Below are positions 44,215-56,799 of a stretch of 64,000 bases of DNA, piece by piece (the stretch's first letter is position 1; every line of letters starts with the position of its first letter). Source of the stretch: Tetramitus jugosus. Its lineage: Eukaryota > Protista > Heterolobosea. Location of the stretch: NCBI GenBank assembly GCA_937625935.1, contig OW569345.1:496001-560000 (forward strand), read 5' to 3'. A program made the position numbers and the translations under genes. The notes beneath the pieces are model-generated. The model did not search any database. It was not told where the DNA came from and saw nothing but the letters and a program-made list of their open reading frames with translations.

Positions 44215-46366
44215 ATGAATGGAAATGATATCTTTAATAAACCGAGTCGTAGGTTAAGATCTTCTTCTACTGGCATGGTTCACCCTGCTCAGGTTGATAA
44301 CATGCGATCATCTCTACAGTCAATACAGGAGAACGAGACATCTACAGCACAATCAAACTTGAATCAACCTCATTATCTAAATAGTCATGTAATACAGCAA
44401 TATCTCCAAGGTATGTACTATATTTAACATTGTTGTTTGTGCCTTATCCGATTGAGCTAATCTAGTTTGATTAACCTCCAAAGTGTTCGCCGACAAGAAG
44501 AGGAATGACGCACTACTGTACACTACGTTAATTGGTATCAATTACATTAAAATGAAATTGAATGGCCAGATTTTGCACGCATCGATTCCTCAGTTGCAGA
44601 CAATATTATCATCCATTGAGGATGAAGTTTTGACTATAAGGCCGAACAACATTCCTAGTAGATCTGTCGAGCAGAGTGCTCAGAATTTACAGAAGAATCT
44701 TCAAGAGAAGTTTATGCAATTGGAGAGAAGGGGAAATGAAATATATCAAAAAGACAATAGAAGGAACAGTTCACAATGGAAGAATAGAACCGATGAGAAC
44801 TGTGATTCCGAGATAGGCGAAGAATTAGAGGACAATAGTTACTCAGAGGACGATAACTATCAGATTAAAAGATCAGATCTACAGAGAAGAAGGGACAGAA
44901 GGAGCAGCCGAAACACCGAAGATTTGTTATTACAGAGAGTGAAGATGCTAGAGGAGTCATTACAGAAGCAACAATTGCAAACGACTCAACAACAGAACTA
45001 TTTCTCCCAGTTTCCAATGCCTTATTTTCAAGGTTCTTTCTATCCTCAATCTCCTGCCCCATCCACACCAAATAATCACAGTTCCAATCAATTCTACACT
45101 CAACCTGGAGTACAACCTCCATTTAATCAACATACCAACTTCTATCAGTCCTATAATGGTCATCCAATGCAGCAAGCACAATACCAACAAAATCAACAGT
45201 ACAATCAATATCATACTCAAGACGATCAGTATCCAAACACACCCAGTAACTACCCAACCAATAATGGCCGAACTCCAGAAGTTGTAATACAAAAACCTGT
45301 CCCAAAACCAATTTCTCCCGTTGTAGAACTTAGAACAGACCAAGAAGAAGGAGAGAAGTCCAAAGGTGGAATGGCTTGGTCTCTGGGAGGTGAGCCTCAA
45401 CCAAAGAAAAAGCCTGAAGTTAAGAAGGGAGCAAGCGATAAAAGAAAAGCCAAGAAACCGAAAGAAACTCCAAAGGAGAAGAAGGTCATTGTAAAGAGAG
45501 AGAAGTATGTTCCACCTAAGAACTTTGGTCTCCCATACAATACCAAAAACACCGAGTCAAGGATTAAGACTCAGATTATGATATCAAAAATGCAGAGCGA
45601 CACATCAAGTGAAGGAGCATCCAAAACAGATGATGTTCTAGTGTTATTCAAGCCTCCTCCTGGATCAAAGGAAACAGAAGTTTTTGATTCCAAAAAGCAA
45701 GATAATGAACACACGAGGGATGTTATTCGAACAGAGAGTGATGAAGCACTAACTGAGAAAAAGGTGTCCTTCGCCGAGAGATCTCAACATATCGAACTTG
45801 AGCGAACTGTTCACGAAGATACGGCCATCGACACTAATAGGAAGGAGAAGAATGATCTGAAAGAGGAGATTCAAAAGAGAATAACGAAAGAGCAAAAAGT
45901 ACCAGTTAGGATTACAGAAAAAGAGTCGATCAATCGCCAATCTGTAAAGAACAACCTGAACAACTCCTCCTCATTCGAACCTGAAGAATCAAGTTTGACA
46001 GTGCAGGAAAGAGCACTTCAAGACCTCTATCTACAACTTCAAAGAGATGTGATATCAAAGTCGAAGGCAAAGATATCAGATCGAAAAACAACTGATCAGC
46101 CCATCGAATTACCGTCCTCTCAAACGAGGAAGCAAACGGATAAGAAGTTAGAAGTTCAAGCTCAAACCATGCACATGAAAAGAGATCCACATATTGATAA
46201 GAGAGAAGTATCCCATAGAAATGCAGCCATGGTCCAAAGATCGGATGTGAAGTCATTCGATCCACCACCAGCTTCCACCCAAGTTCCCCCTCCTTCTAGT
46301 CAATCTTCTGTCATGGGCATTACCCGTCAATTTCTGAACAATCGGTTCATGCAAGATTTCCTGTAG
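44215..46366 (+). CDS. hypothetical largely disordered protein, 2 exons
   Basis: Intron 44411-44483 (GTATGT...GCTAAT...AAG) joins two ORFs in frame; Q/P/Y-rich then K/E-rich. Confidence 0.65.
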
Positions 46367-46491
46367 TCCCACTGCAACGCTCTTGAAAAAGATAACCCCG
46401 ATCATGTCTTTTGTGCTCTCGGTCATCAACAATGGAACAAAAATCGCTCTTTTTTGTAAAAGCAACAACAAACTTTCAAACAACCAACACA

Positions 46492-48051
46492 ATGATCAAG
46501 CAAGCATTGCGACGAGTGTCATCCTCACACAGATCAATCCAAAACAACAACAACAAGAATTTCTTCCAGTCCAGTGTTGTTGTTCGTCATCAGAGCAGCA
46601 GCAGTCGTGCTGTCAATTCCAATTGCACACCTGCTTTTATCCAAGAACTCAAGAATGCACTGCTTGAACATGGTCAAGTCATCACTGGAGAGTCCACAAG
46701 AGTCAATCATGGAACATCATTGACTCATCACAAGCCAATGCCACCCGATGTCGTTGTTTATCCAAGATCGACTCAAGATGTCAGTTCCGTGGTTGCTCTG
46801 TGCTATAAGCATCGAGTTCCCGTGATTCCATTTGGTGCAGGAACTGCATTGGAGGGTCACTTTGATGCGTTGACTGGTGGACTGAGCATGGACCTGTCAG
46901 AAATGAACAAGGTGGTTGAATTCTATCCGGATGATATGAACATTACGGTTCAGGCCGGTATGACAAGAGAAGCAGTCAATGAGAGCATTAGAGAGTCCGG
47001 GTTGTTCTTCCCTATTGATCCAGGTGCAAATGCAACGATTGGAGGAATGGCTTCGACGAGAGCTTCGGGAACCAATGCTGTTCGTTATGGAACCATGAGA
47101 GAGAATATTGTGAATATGACTTGTGTGTTGCCAGATGAGAAGGGAACCATTATCAAGACAAATCACAGAGCAAAGAAGTCTTCTGCTGGTTATGATTTGA
47201 ATTCATTGATGATTGGATCAGAGGGCACGTTGGGTGTGATTACTGAAGTTACATTGAAGCTCTATGGTGTCCCAGAGTGTATTACTGCTGCTGTTTGTTC
47301 ATTCCCTGATTTGAATAGTGCAGCTCAGTGTGTATCATCTTGTATTCAATTGGGCATTTCTTTGTCGAGAATTGAATTGATGGATGAGCATGCAATCAAG
47401 GCTGTTAACTTGTATTCCAAGTTGACTTTGGACGATACGAAGCCAATGTTATTATTTGAGTTTATCGGTTCCGAAGAAGGTGTTAGAGAGCAAGTGGAAC
47501 TCGTTCAACAGATTGCTCAAGATGAATATGGAGCCAGTGACTTTACATTTAAGCAAAAGGAAGAGGAACGTCGGATCTTGTGGAGAGCCAGACATTTAGC
47601 ATACTTGGCCAGTCTGAATCTCAGATCAAATTCCAAGGGAATGATCACTGATGTTTGTGTACCAATATCGAAACTTGCAGAGTGCATCGTCGCTACCAAG
47701 GAAGACGTGGACGCCAGTGGTCTATTATACACTGTGATTGGTCATGTTGGAGATGGTAACTTCCATGTCGTACTTGTGTTGGACGAAAACGATCCAGAAC
47801 AGATGACGAAGGCGCATGAGATTAATGATCGTTTGGTAAAGAGAGCAATCGCCTTTGATGGTACCTGTACTGGTGAGCATGGTGTTGGTCATGGCAAGAT
47901 GGATTACTTGCTGTTGGAACACGGCCCTGATTCTGTCGAGTTGATGCGAACAATCAAGAAAGCTGTCGACCCTCTCAACATTATGAATCCCGGAAAGATC
48001 ATGGCACCTGAGGAAGCTGTGAAGAGATTTAGAGAAACTCAAAAACAATGA
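46492..48051 (+). CDS. LDHD: mitochondrial FAD-dependent D-lactate dehydrogenase
   Basis: Presequence; PFGAGTALEGH, FPIDPG..ATIGGM..T.ASGTNAVRYG, GSEGTLG, GHVGDGNFH, GEHGVG.GK, MNPGK. Confidence 0.92.
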   Translation: MIKQALRRVSSSHRSIQNNNNKNFFQSSVVVRHQSSSSRAVNSNCTPAFIQELKNALLEHGQVITGESTRVNHGTSLTHHKPMPPDVVVYPRSTQDVSSVVALCYKHRVPVIPFGAGTALEGHFDALTGGLSMDLSEMNKVVEFYPDDMNITVQAGMTREAVNESIRESGLFFPIDPGANATIGGMASTRASGTNAVRYGTMRENIVNMTCVLPDEKGTIIKTNHRAKKSSAGYDLNSLMIGSEGTLGVITEVTLKLYGVPECITAAVCSFPDLNSAAQCVSSCIQLGISLSRIELMDEHAIKAVNLYSKLTLDDTKPMLLFEFIGSEEGVREQVELVQQIAQDEYGASDFTFKQKEEERRILWRARHLAYLASLNLRSNSKGMITDVCVPISKLAECIVATKEDVDASGLLYTVIGHVGDGNFHVVLVLDENDPEQMTKAHEINDRLVKRAIAFDGTCTGEHGVGHGKMDYLLLEHGPDSVELMRTIKKAVDPLNIMNPGKIMAPEEAVKRFRETQKQ

Positions 48052-48179
48052 TAAGTGTATAAATATAAGTATTTCAAACAGAGAGTCAATCCTTTCTTTA
48101 TTGGGAGATTGTTCACATTCGAGTAATAATCTCAATGTCAACCAAAATCATCTGGGGAGTAGAATATGAGAAGAGTCTG

Positions 48180-48884
48180 TCATATTAGGACTGAGTGTAG
48201 AATTGAGATTGAGTGATATGTGAGCCACAGACGTACACCTTTCCAGAGCAGATTGGCATGAAAGTAACCACCACTCATTCTAACTAATCTCTTGCTCAAC
48301 TTATAAGTCAATGGCGAATAATCTTTGACCATACCGATGAACCAACTTGTTTGACCCATGACAAGCACTCTATTCTTGCCCGTATTGACCAACGAGTTAC
48401 TGAAGCATACAGTAGCCAACACTGAATACTCATCCTCATCCAAAAATGTCGCAGTGCGTGTCAGTGAAGTTATTAATCTTGGTAAACCATGACCCACCAG
48501 TTCATAATCATTCTGTCCAATCGCAAACAATTCGGTATCGGTCGAAAGCAAGAGCAGAACATTAGCCCCACAAACGATATCCTGTACAACAGGGAGGGAC
48601 ACATCATTTAACTCCTTCTCATAGACAGATCCACTTGCCATCAAGAACAGCAAAGTCTTCATCATTGAGTTCTTGGGCGAGTCTGGCTCTGTACTTGTCG
48701 AGAACTTCTTCTCTGGTCTTGAGCCTTTCGGTTCTCTTAACAGTTCTCTTGGTGGTCCAGCCTCTGTAGACTCTTCTCTTCTTCTTGGTCACTTCTTCAA
48801 TAACAGCCTCCTCCTCAATGACAACCTTCTTCTTCTTGGCTGCCTCTGCGACAGTCTTGGTTTTCTTAGCCCCTTCGGTGGCAT
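48180..48884 (-). pseudogene. frameshifted RCC1-repeat-like gene remnant
   Basis: ATG CCA CCG AAG GG (MPPKG, 48884) slips frame in a G-run into AKKTKT...; second frame switch near 48630 into IVCGAN..LLL...LFAIGQNDY.LVG and GGYFH; truncated. Confidence 0.55.
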
Positions 48885-48922
48885 TGTCTGGTGTCTTTTT
48901 GAGCGAAAATCTGGGAAAATGG

Positions 48923-49843
48923 TCAGGCGAAGACAAAGTCCACGTCGGTGAACAAAGAAGCTGATCTGGCTTGATTATACCTGTCCAATACATCCGCTTG
49001 GAATTTTTTCTGTCGGTTTGTCTCTAGGACACCCAAAGCTCTATAATGGTCCATTTTCCAATATTCTGAGTGATTGTAGCTGGTTATGATTTTGATGTCT
49101 TCATAACAATCAGTGTCCATACACTTACACCAATATAGGGCTGCTAGGGGGAAGCAGGGGGTGAAGAAGAGCAAGAGAAGAACCAGCCAGTGGGTCAGGA
49201 ATGTGGAGAGTATACATTGGTCATTGTATACTATGATCTCTGGCACCAGTGTATGGTTTATAATCTCGAAATTAAAGAGAACCTCTCCCGTATCCAGAGT
49301 TAGCTCATCACCCCTCGGAGCAGTGATCACAGGTTTCGAATAAATCAGAGCAAGTATGGATGTACCAAGTATAGAGTCACCTACTGTGATGGCTTGCTTT
49401 AGTGTAAGGCGGGACGAATGTCTTGGTGTGATTGTCCCTTGCTCGACACAAGATCGAGAAAACAAATTCTCGAAATGGAGTTCCTGAGCCTGGAGATCGT
49501 GGGAGTTCTTTGACTCTCGGACATAATACTGCAGAACTGGTCTCACTTTGTGAATTTCCCTGAGAAAATGGTCGAGTCGGCTGGAGGGGATTCGCTTCCA
49601 GATGGCCAACAAGAGATCATCATTATGAGCCATGACAAACAGTAGGGCGAATGTCAGTCCCACGAATATCATGATCCAGAGAAATGTGAAGACAATTAAA
49701 TCTGGTATTGGTTTCTGCAACGTAAGATCAGGATCAGAGGTCTTGATGATCGCAATGCCCAACCAAAAACCGATTTGGATGGCAGCCTGTGTAGCAGCTA
49801 GTACCTTCAATGGAAACTTGATCTTGTATTTTTTTTCTCTCAT
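48923..49843 (-). CDS. multi-pass membrane protein, distantly TMEM151-like
   Basis: Two N-terminal TMs, P.LQYY segment, late TM followed by C.....IKII; family call tentative. Confidence 0.5.
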   Translation of the reverse strand: MREKKYKIKFPLKVLAATQAAIQIGFWLGIAIIKTSDPDLTLQKPIPDLIVFTFLWIMIFVGLTFALLFVMAHNDDLLLAIWKRIPSSRLDHFLREIHKVRPVLQYYVRESKNSHDLQAQELHFENLFSRSCVEQGTITPRHSSRLTLKQAITVGDSILGTSILALIYSKPVITAPRGDELTLDTGEVLFNFEIINHTLVPEIIVYNDQCILSTFLTHWLVLLLLFFTPCFPLAALYWCKCMDTDCYEDIKIITSYNHSEYWKMDHYRALGVLETNRQKKFQADVLDRYNQARSASLFTDVDFVFA

Positions 49844-50073
49844 GTCCTTATCTCTATGGTGTCCTAATCCCTATGATGTCAAAGCGTGGCAAAGGAGATA
49901 ATTTTTGTTTGGATTTCTCCAACATGTTCCTGCAGACACATATAAAGTTCGGCCGATCATTGCTTGGAGAGACAAGCATGGACAAGAAGGATGGATACGT
50001 GGTTTGTTAATTCTTTGCTTAGTCAGCACAAATTTTCAACACCTGAAATTAAACGTGTGATATTTTACATGCG

Positions 50074-52614
50074 TCAGTTGAGGAAACTGAATGCCTCACC
50101 ATTAATTTTTGAGGTTTTGACTTTCTTCCAGTCTGGTATCTCGTGGTCCAGATCGAATGTTGGTCTGATCAGGATCGATTCGTCAATCTCTTGTTTGTCT
50201 TGAGTTCCCTTCTTGGCGTCGGCAGCTGGTAGAGCCTTCAAGACTGATGATGGAACAATATCGGGATCATACTCATCAGGTTGATACGACTGTAAGATCT
50301 TTCTAACTTGGACAAGTGTTAGAGTAGGGCAGACTTCTCTCCTCGTAGACTCATCAACAAGCGATGCCTTGTTCATGATCATAATGTCTGATGCCTGGCG
50401 CAGAGCTCCCAAATTCTCTTTACACTTGTTGCCCAAATGATGGCTCTCAGCCCACATTTCCAACTCTGAAACACCCATCTTTAGCATAATAGCCGATCCC
50501 ATTTTACATCTCTTCTTCTGAGTATCAAAAAGGGCATTGAACGTATGTGCATTAATGAATAAATAAATTTGAGCATAGAATTGAGCAATAAGTTCGTTGA
50601 AGAAAAAGTTCTTCTTCAACATTTGGTGATATTGGTGCAAAATTGCTGTTATTTGCTTTGGATCAACAGCACGTCCACCGTTGGCTGGTGATGTTTGGAA
50701 CATTCCTGGGATCAGAACAGAAATTAAGGCCTGAATAACGTGAGAATCAGTTAGCATCAGTCTCACGCTTAAAATGGTTGAGTTATCAGACATACCTTAT
50801 AAATATTTTCAATTAAAATAGAGTAGATGCGTATGGATAAGCTAATGACATCACGCTTGAATTTTGCGATTGGACTCTCGAATGTGAATTCATCATTGTC
50901 ACCAACAGATGTCTTTGTTGTGTGAGTGCTCGTCGTTGTCTGAGTCTGTGACACTGAACTATTAGAATCATCTGGTATTTTCACTCTCATCACAGAATGA
51001 TCATCTTCTCTAGAATCATGATCCAACGATACTGGATACTCCTTTTGCAATAGATTCAACATGATACAACAGTTACTCAACCAGTAACACAACAAATCAT
51101 TATTATCCGTATTGTTATCCACAATTGTACGAATCGAGCTACAAATCTTGTTAGGGAATGTGCTCTTGTTGGTGGAAAAACAATCCCAATGCTGCAGCAC
51201 TTTGAATATAATGGGTGCGGCCAATGGTAAATTCTCGCAAAACTCTGGTAGACGATTATTGATAATCGAGTCAATCACGGTTCTCTCGTTCGTTTCCTTT
51301 TGCAATCTCAAAATTTCTTCTTGCATTTGTCGCATCTTTTGCTCCTGTATCGAAATCTTTTCCTTTGCTTTTTGAACAGCAGAATTTTGAGAGGTGCTTG
51401 ATAAATCTTCATCCGTTCCCAAATCACTTGTTGCACGTCTATTGTTCGCTTGCAATTTACTGCCTTCTTCTGCGCTCTGTATCGCTGTTGAGAATGCGTC
51501 TGCTTCCTCGTCCATGCTGAAGCTGTTTTGTCTTCGATGTTTTCCGTCTCGCCTCCTCAATTGTGCCACTCTTCGCTTATCAATCACTGCTCCTCCCAAT
51601 CCATTCGCTGTTTTTACAAGAAAAAATGACCCATCCATTGTTTAAGAGGTGAGTCCTTCACATTCATGAAACAAAAACGAACAATTGAAACATTTGAAAC
51701 ACTTTTTCACTCAGATACATACATGCACGATTCGAACTCAATCGAGATGATCCCGTATCATCATCATCATCCGAAAGACCACCACCACCACCACCCATGC
51801 TTTCGTCATCATCCCCATCATCCGTCCTCAGTGTTCTCAATTTTTGTTGCAAAGTCTTCCGTCTCTCCATATAGTTACGGTGCGCAGCGGAACTGAGTGC
51901 AGAGAATTGACCAGAGGACCGCGAAGAACCACCATCTTCTCCAAACGGATCATCATCACCACCACCATCTTCATCTTCATCATCCGATGCATCTGTCATT
52001 GTTGTTGCTTCCGATAGCACAGTATCCAAACCGTTGCCAGCACCACTCTTTCTCAGTGTACTCTTGATGGTGAACTTGAATTGAACTTCACTCGTATTCC
52101 ATAGACTCACTGGCAACGTTTTCGTGCTAGCAAACACATCGGATTGTTGTTGCAACGGTGAAAAATCAGCCAAATTAATTTTGATTTCACCAATCGTGTC
52201 TTTTGCGTGGTGATTGAAACTTCCAATGGCTGCATTGATGGCACTCGAAACACCACCATGCTGCGAATGACTAGCAGAAGAAGAAGAAGAAGCGGTAGTC
52301 GGACTATTGTTCTGTGAAGATGATGATGATGATCTCTTGTCCTTTAGTACTTCATGAAAACAGAGATTAATGTACTTTGTCTTGTATTTTCCCTTTGAAT
52401 TCTTGAAGAGTGTGCCTCGAAAAGTAAATGATTCTTCCCACAGTGCAATCTTGTCCTTTACAAACGTTTTTTTTGTTTCACCATTGTGTTTTTTGCCTCT
52501 GTGCCATGTCATGTACAGAATGATACCACTCTTGGGTAGTTTGGTCAAGTGATGCACCTTGATTTCATAGTCGAATTTGGAAACGTTGCGTTTTTTGAAG
52601 AGCAAGTTGTTCAT
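50074..52614 (-). CDS. NT-C2 (EEIG1/EHBP1-type) + coiled coil + Dilute (DIL) domain protein, 3 exons
   Basis: N-terminal W.RG..H.G.T, A.WEE.F, IG..KINLADF; introns 51722-51608 and 50795-50731 (both GTATGT...CAG); DIL motifs YWLSN, QIY.FINA..FN.L, LE.W, CP.L..VQV.KIL..Y.PDEY. Confidence 0.8.
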
Positions 52615-52882
52615 TTTTCAATCTATAAAGGTGATGATTATTGTTGTTGTTGTTGTTGCTGGCTCCTTTGATTTTTTGTTGTTTATGGATGGTAATGTTC
52701 GTTGTTTGTTAATAATTCGCTCTTTTTGTTGACGGCTGCTGTCCACCTCCCAAAGCTCGCTTGGTGGGTTGGATCGATTTTTTTATGTTGGTGTGGCGGA
52801 CCGTTCGTGTTTTGATGGGGAGTATTTCGGACAAATCCTTGTCGAAAACTGTCATCTTGTCAAAATATCTGGAGCATCGAAA

Positions 52883-53815
52883 ATGCAACACAAGCTCACC
52901 ATGTTTGATTCGCCACCAATAGAACAACAAACAATGGATCCATTCACAAGTGATCACCCTCCAGTTTTTGATAATGAAGAAGATGATCGCTTAATCTTTC
53001 AATTCATCCAACAAAGTCCTCTCATTTGTCCCAATCGTGTCTTGTTCCACTCTCCTCTCCCACGGAGACAAACACAAGATGAGCAACAACAGCCAACACT
53101 CAATTTTTTCTCTCCAACCAATACATCTCAATCTTTTTCATCTCTACCAACACATCAACAATCACCATCATTATTATCGACTACTACTGTTCCGGAAAAA
53201 GAGTACAACAATAGTGATGATGATGACGATGACGACGATGTTGAAGAAGACGAACAAAAACAGCATCAAATTCTGAAACGAATGATATTTGAAATGAGAT
53301 GCAAGATGGATCATGTGATTGAAGAGAATCAAGTATTGAAGGACAATGTGCAATTATTGTCACGTGAATTGCGCCTTTTGAAGGAGCAGTATCATGGGTT
53401 GGAAGGGCGATTGAACGTGACAGAAAAGAAAATTTTAGATCAATGCAATGATGATGATGATGATGATGACAATGTTGTAAGGAATGAGAATGGTTGTGGA
53501 ACAAAAAAGGCACAAATGAACAGATCATCGAATGGTGGTAGTGGTGGTGGTCGAGTCAGTCAAATCGAGGAAACAGATCAATCATCATTGGACGTGCTAA
53601 TGAAGAGGACATGTGATCCATATCGTAGCTTGTTATTGAAAACAGGGCTAACAGTTGAGAAATTGAGAGACAATGTGTATGAGATTGGTGAGTACAAGGT
53701 GTGTGTAGTGATTAAAGATTCGGAACTTTATGTACAGTTGGGTAGCGATCGATTGGTTCGCGTGTGTGCTCTGTTGGATCAATTATTGTCTGGATATGTG
53801 CACGCGCATCAGTGA
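52883..53815 (+). CDS. coiled-coil protein with C-terminal GAR/GAS2-like domain
   Basis: Central coiled coil; C-terminal VEKL..NVY.IG..KV.V.IKD..LYVQLG resembles the GAR pattern. Confidence 0.55.
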   Translation: MQHKLTMFDSPPIEQQTMDPFTSDHPPVFDNEEDDRLIFQFIQQSPLICPNRVLFHSPLPRRQTQDEQQQPTLNFFSPTNTSQSFSSLPTHQQSPSLLSTTTVPEKEYNNSDDDDDDDDVEEDEQKQHQILKRMIFEMRCKMDHVIEENQVLKDNVQLLSRELRLLKEQYHGLEGRLNVTEKKILDQCNDDDDDDDNVVRNENGCGTKKAQMNRSSNGGSGGGRVSQIEETDQSSLDVLMKRTCDPYRSLLLKTGLTVEKLRDNVYEIGEYKVCVVIKDSELYVQLGSDRLVRVCALLDQLLSGYVHAHQ

Positions 53816-53895
53816 GGCGAGATAGATAGATTGTGACATTATGTGCGGCTTTAATTGGGAGAGGTTGGAGTTTATCCTGACGAAAACACAATTGT

Positions 53896-56202
53896 TCATG
53901 CGTCTTCCTTCTCTATGACTTGCATCTTGGTAGTTTCTCCCATTTTCTTTTTGAAAAAGGCCATGTGCTCCTTTTCAGACATGTGGTATGGTTTGGCGCT
54001 GGTGCCATCATTGTGCTTCTTGTCAAAACAGAAACAGATCAGAATAGTGTCGATTGTAATGTCATACATGTCCATGAATAGTGACGCGAGAGTATAATTG
54101 ATGAATACGGATACGATTGTTGGGACGAGACCGTACTTGACTCCCGGTACCATATTTCCTCCATACCGAACATTCAGATCTATTATAAAGTAGCAAGTGA
54201 GTCCTCCAATCGCTGTGATGAGTATCTTGCCGAGGAACAGGACAGCATCGCTCAAAAAGTTAACAACTCCAACTGTTAAAATGTTGGCCACAATGAGCTT
54301 GAATGCTTGTGCAGAGCTTCGACAAAAGTCTCTGCCTTTGATTGCAATGATAATGTACGCATTACGGTTGATAAATTTGACAATTTTTTCGAGCACCCAT
54401 AGCAGACCAGTAAGTATTTTCATGACCCATTTAGCAGTTTTGTCTCCGCTCTTGTCAACCTTTTTCTTCAGCTTATTGAACAAGTATCTTAGCATCTGAA
54501 CCATAGCAATAATCAATGAACCAAATGCAAGTGATCCTAAATGCCAGAACATGACACGTCCTACCCAATAGAGAACTTCGAGTTTTCTTGCTTTGCGCTT
54601 GCCATCGACCCCAGAAAAGTACCAAGTTGAGACAACTCCAGCAATTATAGTACAGGATATTGCTTGAATGAAAGCAACCGTCCAAAACCATCCAAATAGA
54701 TGATATAGTTGGAGGAATTGCAACGCAGAGCCATTCTCAACAAATGATAGAGTATCATTGTTGTTCGTAATATTCAAGGAGATATAGGGCTGCAGATCTT
54801 CAATTTTTTGAGCATACTTGTTGAATAGAGCTGTGTCGTTTGCACTAATAACAACATTGTTTGTACAACTCTGTAAATAAGCTCCAACAATGATCCAATA
54901 GATTGTCACAGCCACAATAGCTAAAAATGCCAGTGGTGGAATGATAATCATGGTATAGTTCGAGATGACAGCCTTACTCGCTTGTTTTAGGATTTTAATT
55001 GCTGTTCGAACTCTGCGGAACAAGAAAATGACTGCTCCTAAGTAGATCAAGCAAGCTGCATTGATAAGACCTCCGATAACTGCCCAAACTTTTGCGTTTC
55101 TCATAGTTTCTACATCCTCATAACCACCATTGTTCTCGGGGCGAGATTTCATGTACTTGTTGTATGCTGTCCAACTCGCGTAAGCACCAGCTGCTCCTGC
55201 AAATACAAACACGAGAACAATGACGATGTAGACGACCGGACCCACGAACAAACGAAGTAAGATTACGAATATGAAACACAGGACCAATGTTACGAGAGCA
55301 CTAATAATTAGTGGTACGTATGAATTGTACACTTCGGAAATACTTCGTTTGAAGCCATTGGTCACTGCCAGTGATTTACCAACGAGCCTATTTAAGTGAG
55401 ATGCAGTGGAGTTGGAGAAGATAGGGATACATCTCTTAAAATCTACAGGTTACGTGTTATTACGTATGTTGAGACAAAACAGCTTGATGATAATTTTGAA
55501 TGTACATACTCTCAGTGGTGAGGAAATGATTGAAGAAGCATCCACTGCCATCCATCGCAGCGTCAATCTTTTCAACGAATGTTAGATTCGTATGTTCATA
55601 ATCACAGATGATCGCATCAGTGCTGTATTTCTCTATATCGAACTTTGCGGTTGGACACTCTTGCACGCATATGCCCATATTCAAAGCATCTTTGATTCTA
55701 GCTCGAATACCATCGTTCAATGTTACTTGAATGCTAAAGGGATACCATAATTTTGGGCGATCAGATAGATCATATTTGTTGTTATTTCCCTTGCCCTTCG
55801 CATAGCCGCAGACATTTCTTTGATAATCAGTCGGTTGAATCAGTCTAGTATGAAAGCCGGTGAGCCAGAGGAACGACACAATGAAGAAGAAAAATGCATT
55901 GAATTAACATACGTGATAGGATTGCCATATCGGATACCAAATCCAGCTACAATGAACATTCCGATCCAAAACAACACAAACAACACCAAAAACCAAGGAT
56001 CGCCACAATATCGAGTCTTGTACTCCAATCCAGGACCATTATAGTCAGTATGATCAAAGCAGGGACAACAAGCAGCTATAATCCGAGTTTTCAAATGGGG
56101 TTGGAAGCTTTTTATGATGGATGGCCTTACTTCTTCAACACTTGTTTGTTCTCCCTTTACGGAGGCCTCAGTTGTCGGCGCTTCACTCGTTAAATGGATC
56201 AT
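53896..56202 (-). CDS. choline transporter-like protein (SLC44/CTL), 3 exons
   Basis: Introns 55912-55845 and 55509-55443 (GTATGT...TAG) give GNPITLIQPTDY..N.CG and RCIP; HLGSLAFGSLI, INRNAYI.IAI.G..FC.S, IDTI.ICF..D. Confidence 0.9.
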
Positions 56203-56799
56203 CCGATGTTGAATCGTAGGCAAGTAGTGATTATTTTTTATGCTGTGGAAATTGCAAGGCAAGCTTTGAGGTGAAACCCAACAAAGAGACAGCAACTGGA
56301 ACAAAGAAATTCAGGTCGTTTTACTGTAGGCCATTTCAACGACTTTTCTTTTGTTCGTCAGTTCCACCCGTGAAGTATCTCCGACGAACTTGTGACTTTT
56401 GCAGGAATCAAACCGATGCATCTCACAGGGTATAACTGGCACTGTCCACAAAGCATAACGAATTTCGATCGTATGTTTGAGGAAGCTCACCGAGAGTCCT
56501 CCTAATTTTTGAAATGTAGAACCGATTCTTTCTTCAGAAGTCGTTATCACCAATTCCAGCCTACCGTGGCCTGATCAAAAGAGATATCGGCCGCCCCAGA
56601 CAGTATCATTGCTTTTTATAATCTCCAGGTTATAAGACACGAACTCGCGCGTATTTTTACGAGGCGGACTATCAGTGGTTCACATCACATACCGGGTACA
56701 ACTCACGAATAATCGCCAACTGACCTATCATTCCAACACAACACAAATACAACACCGTCTTGATCAACCAATTTTTTTCCCCATCATCGAAGCTCAATC

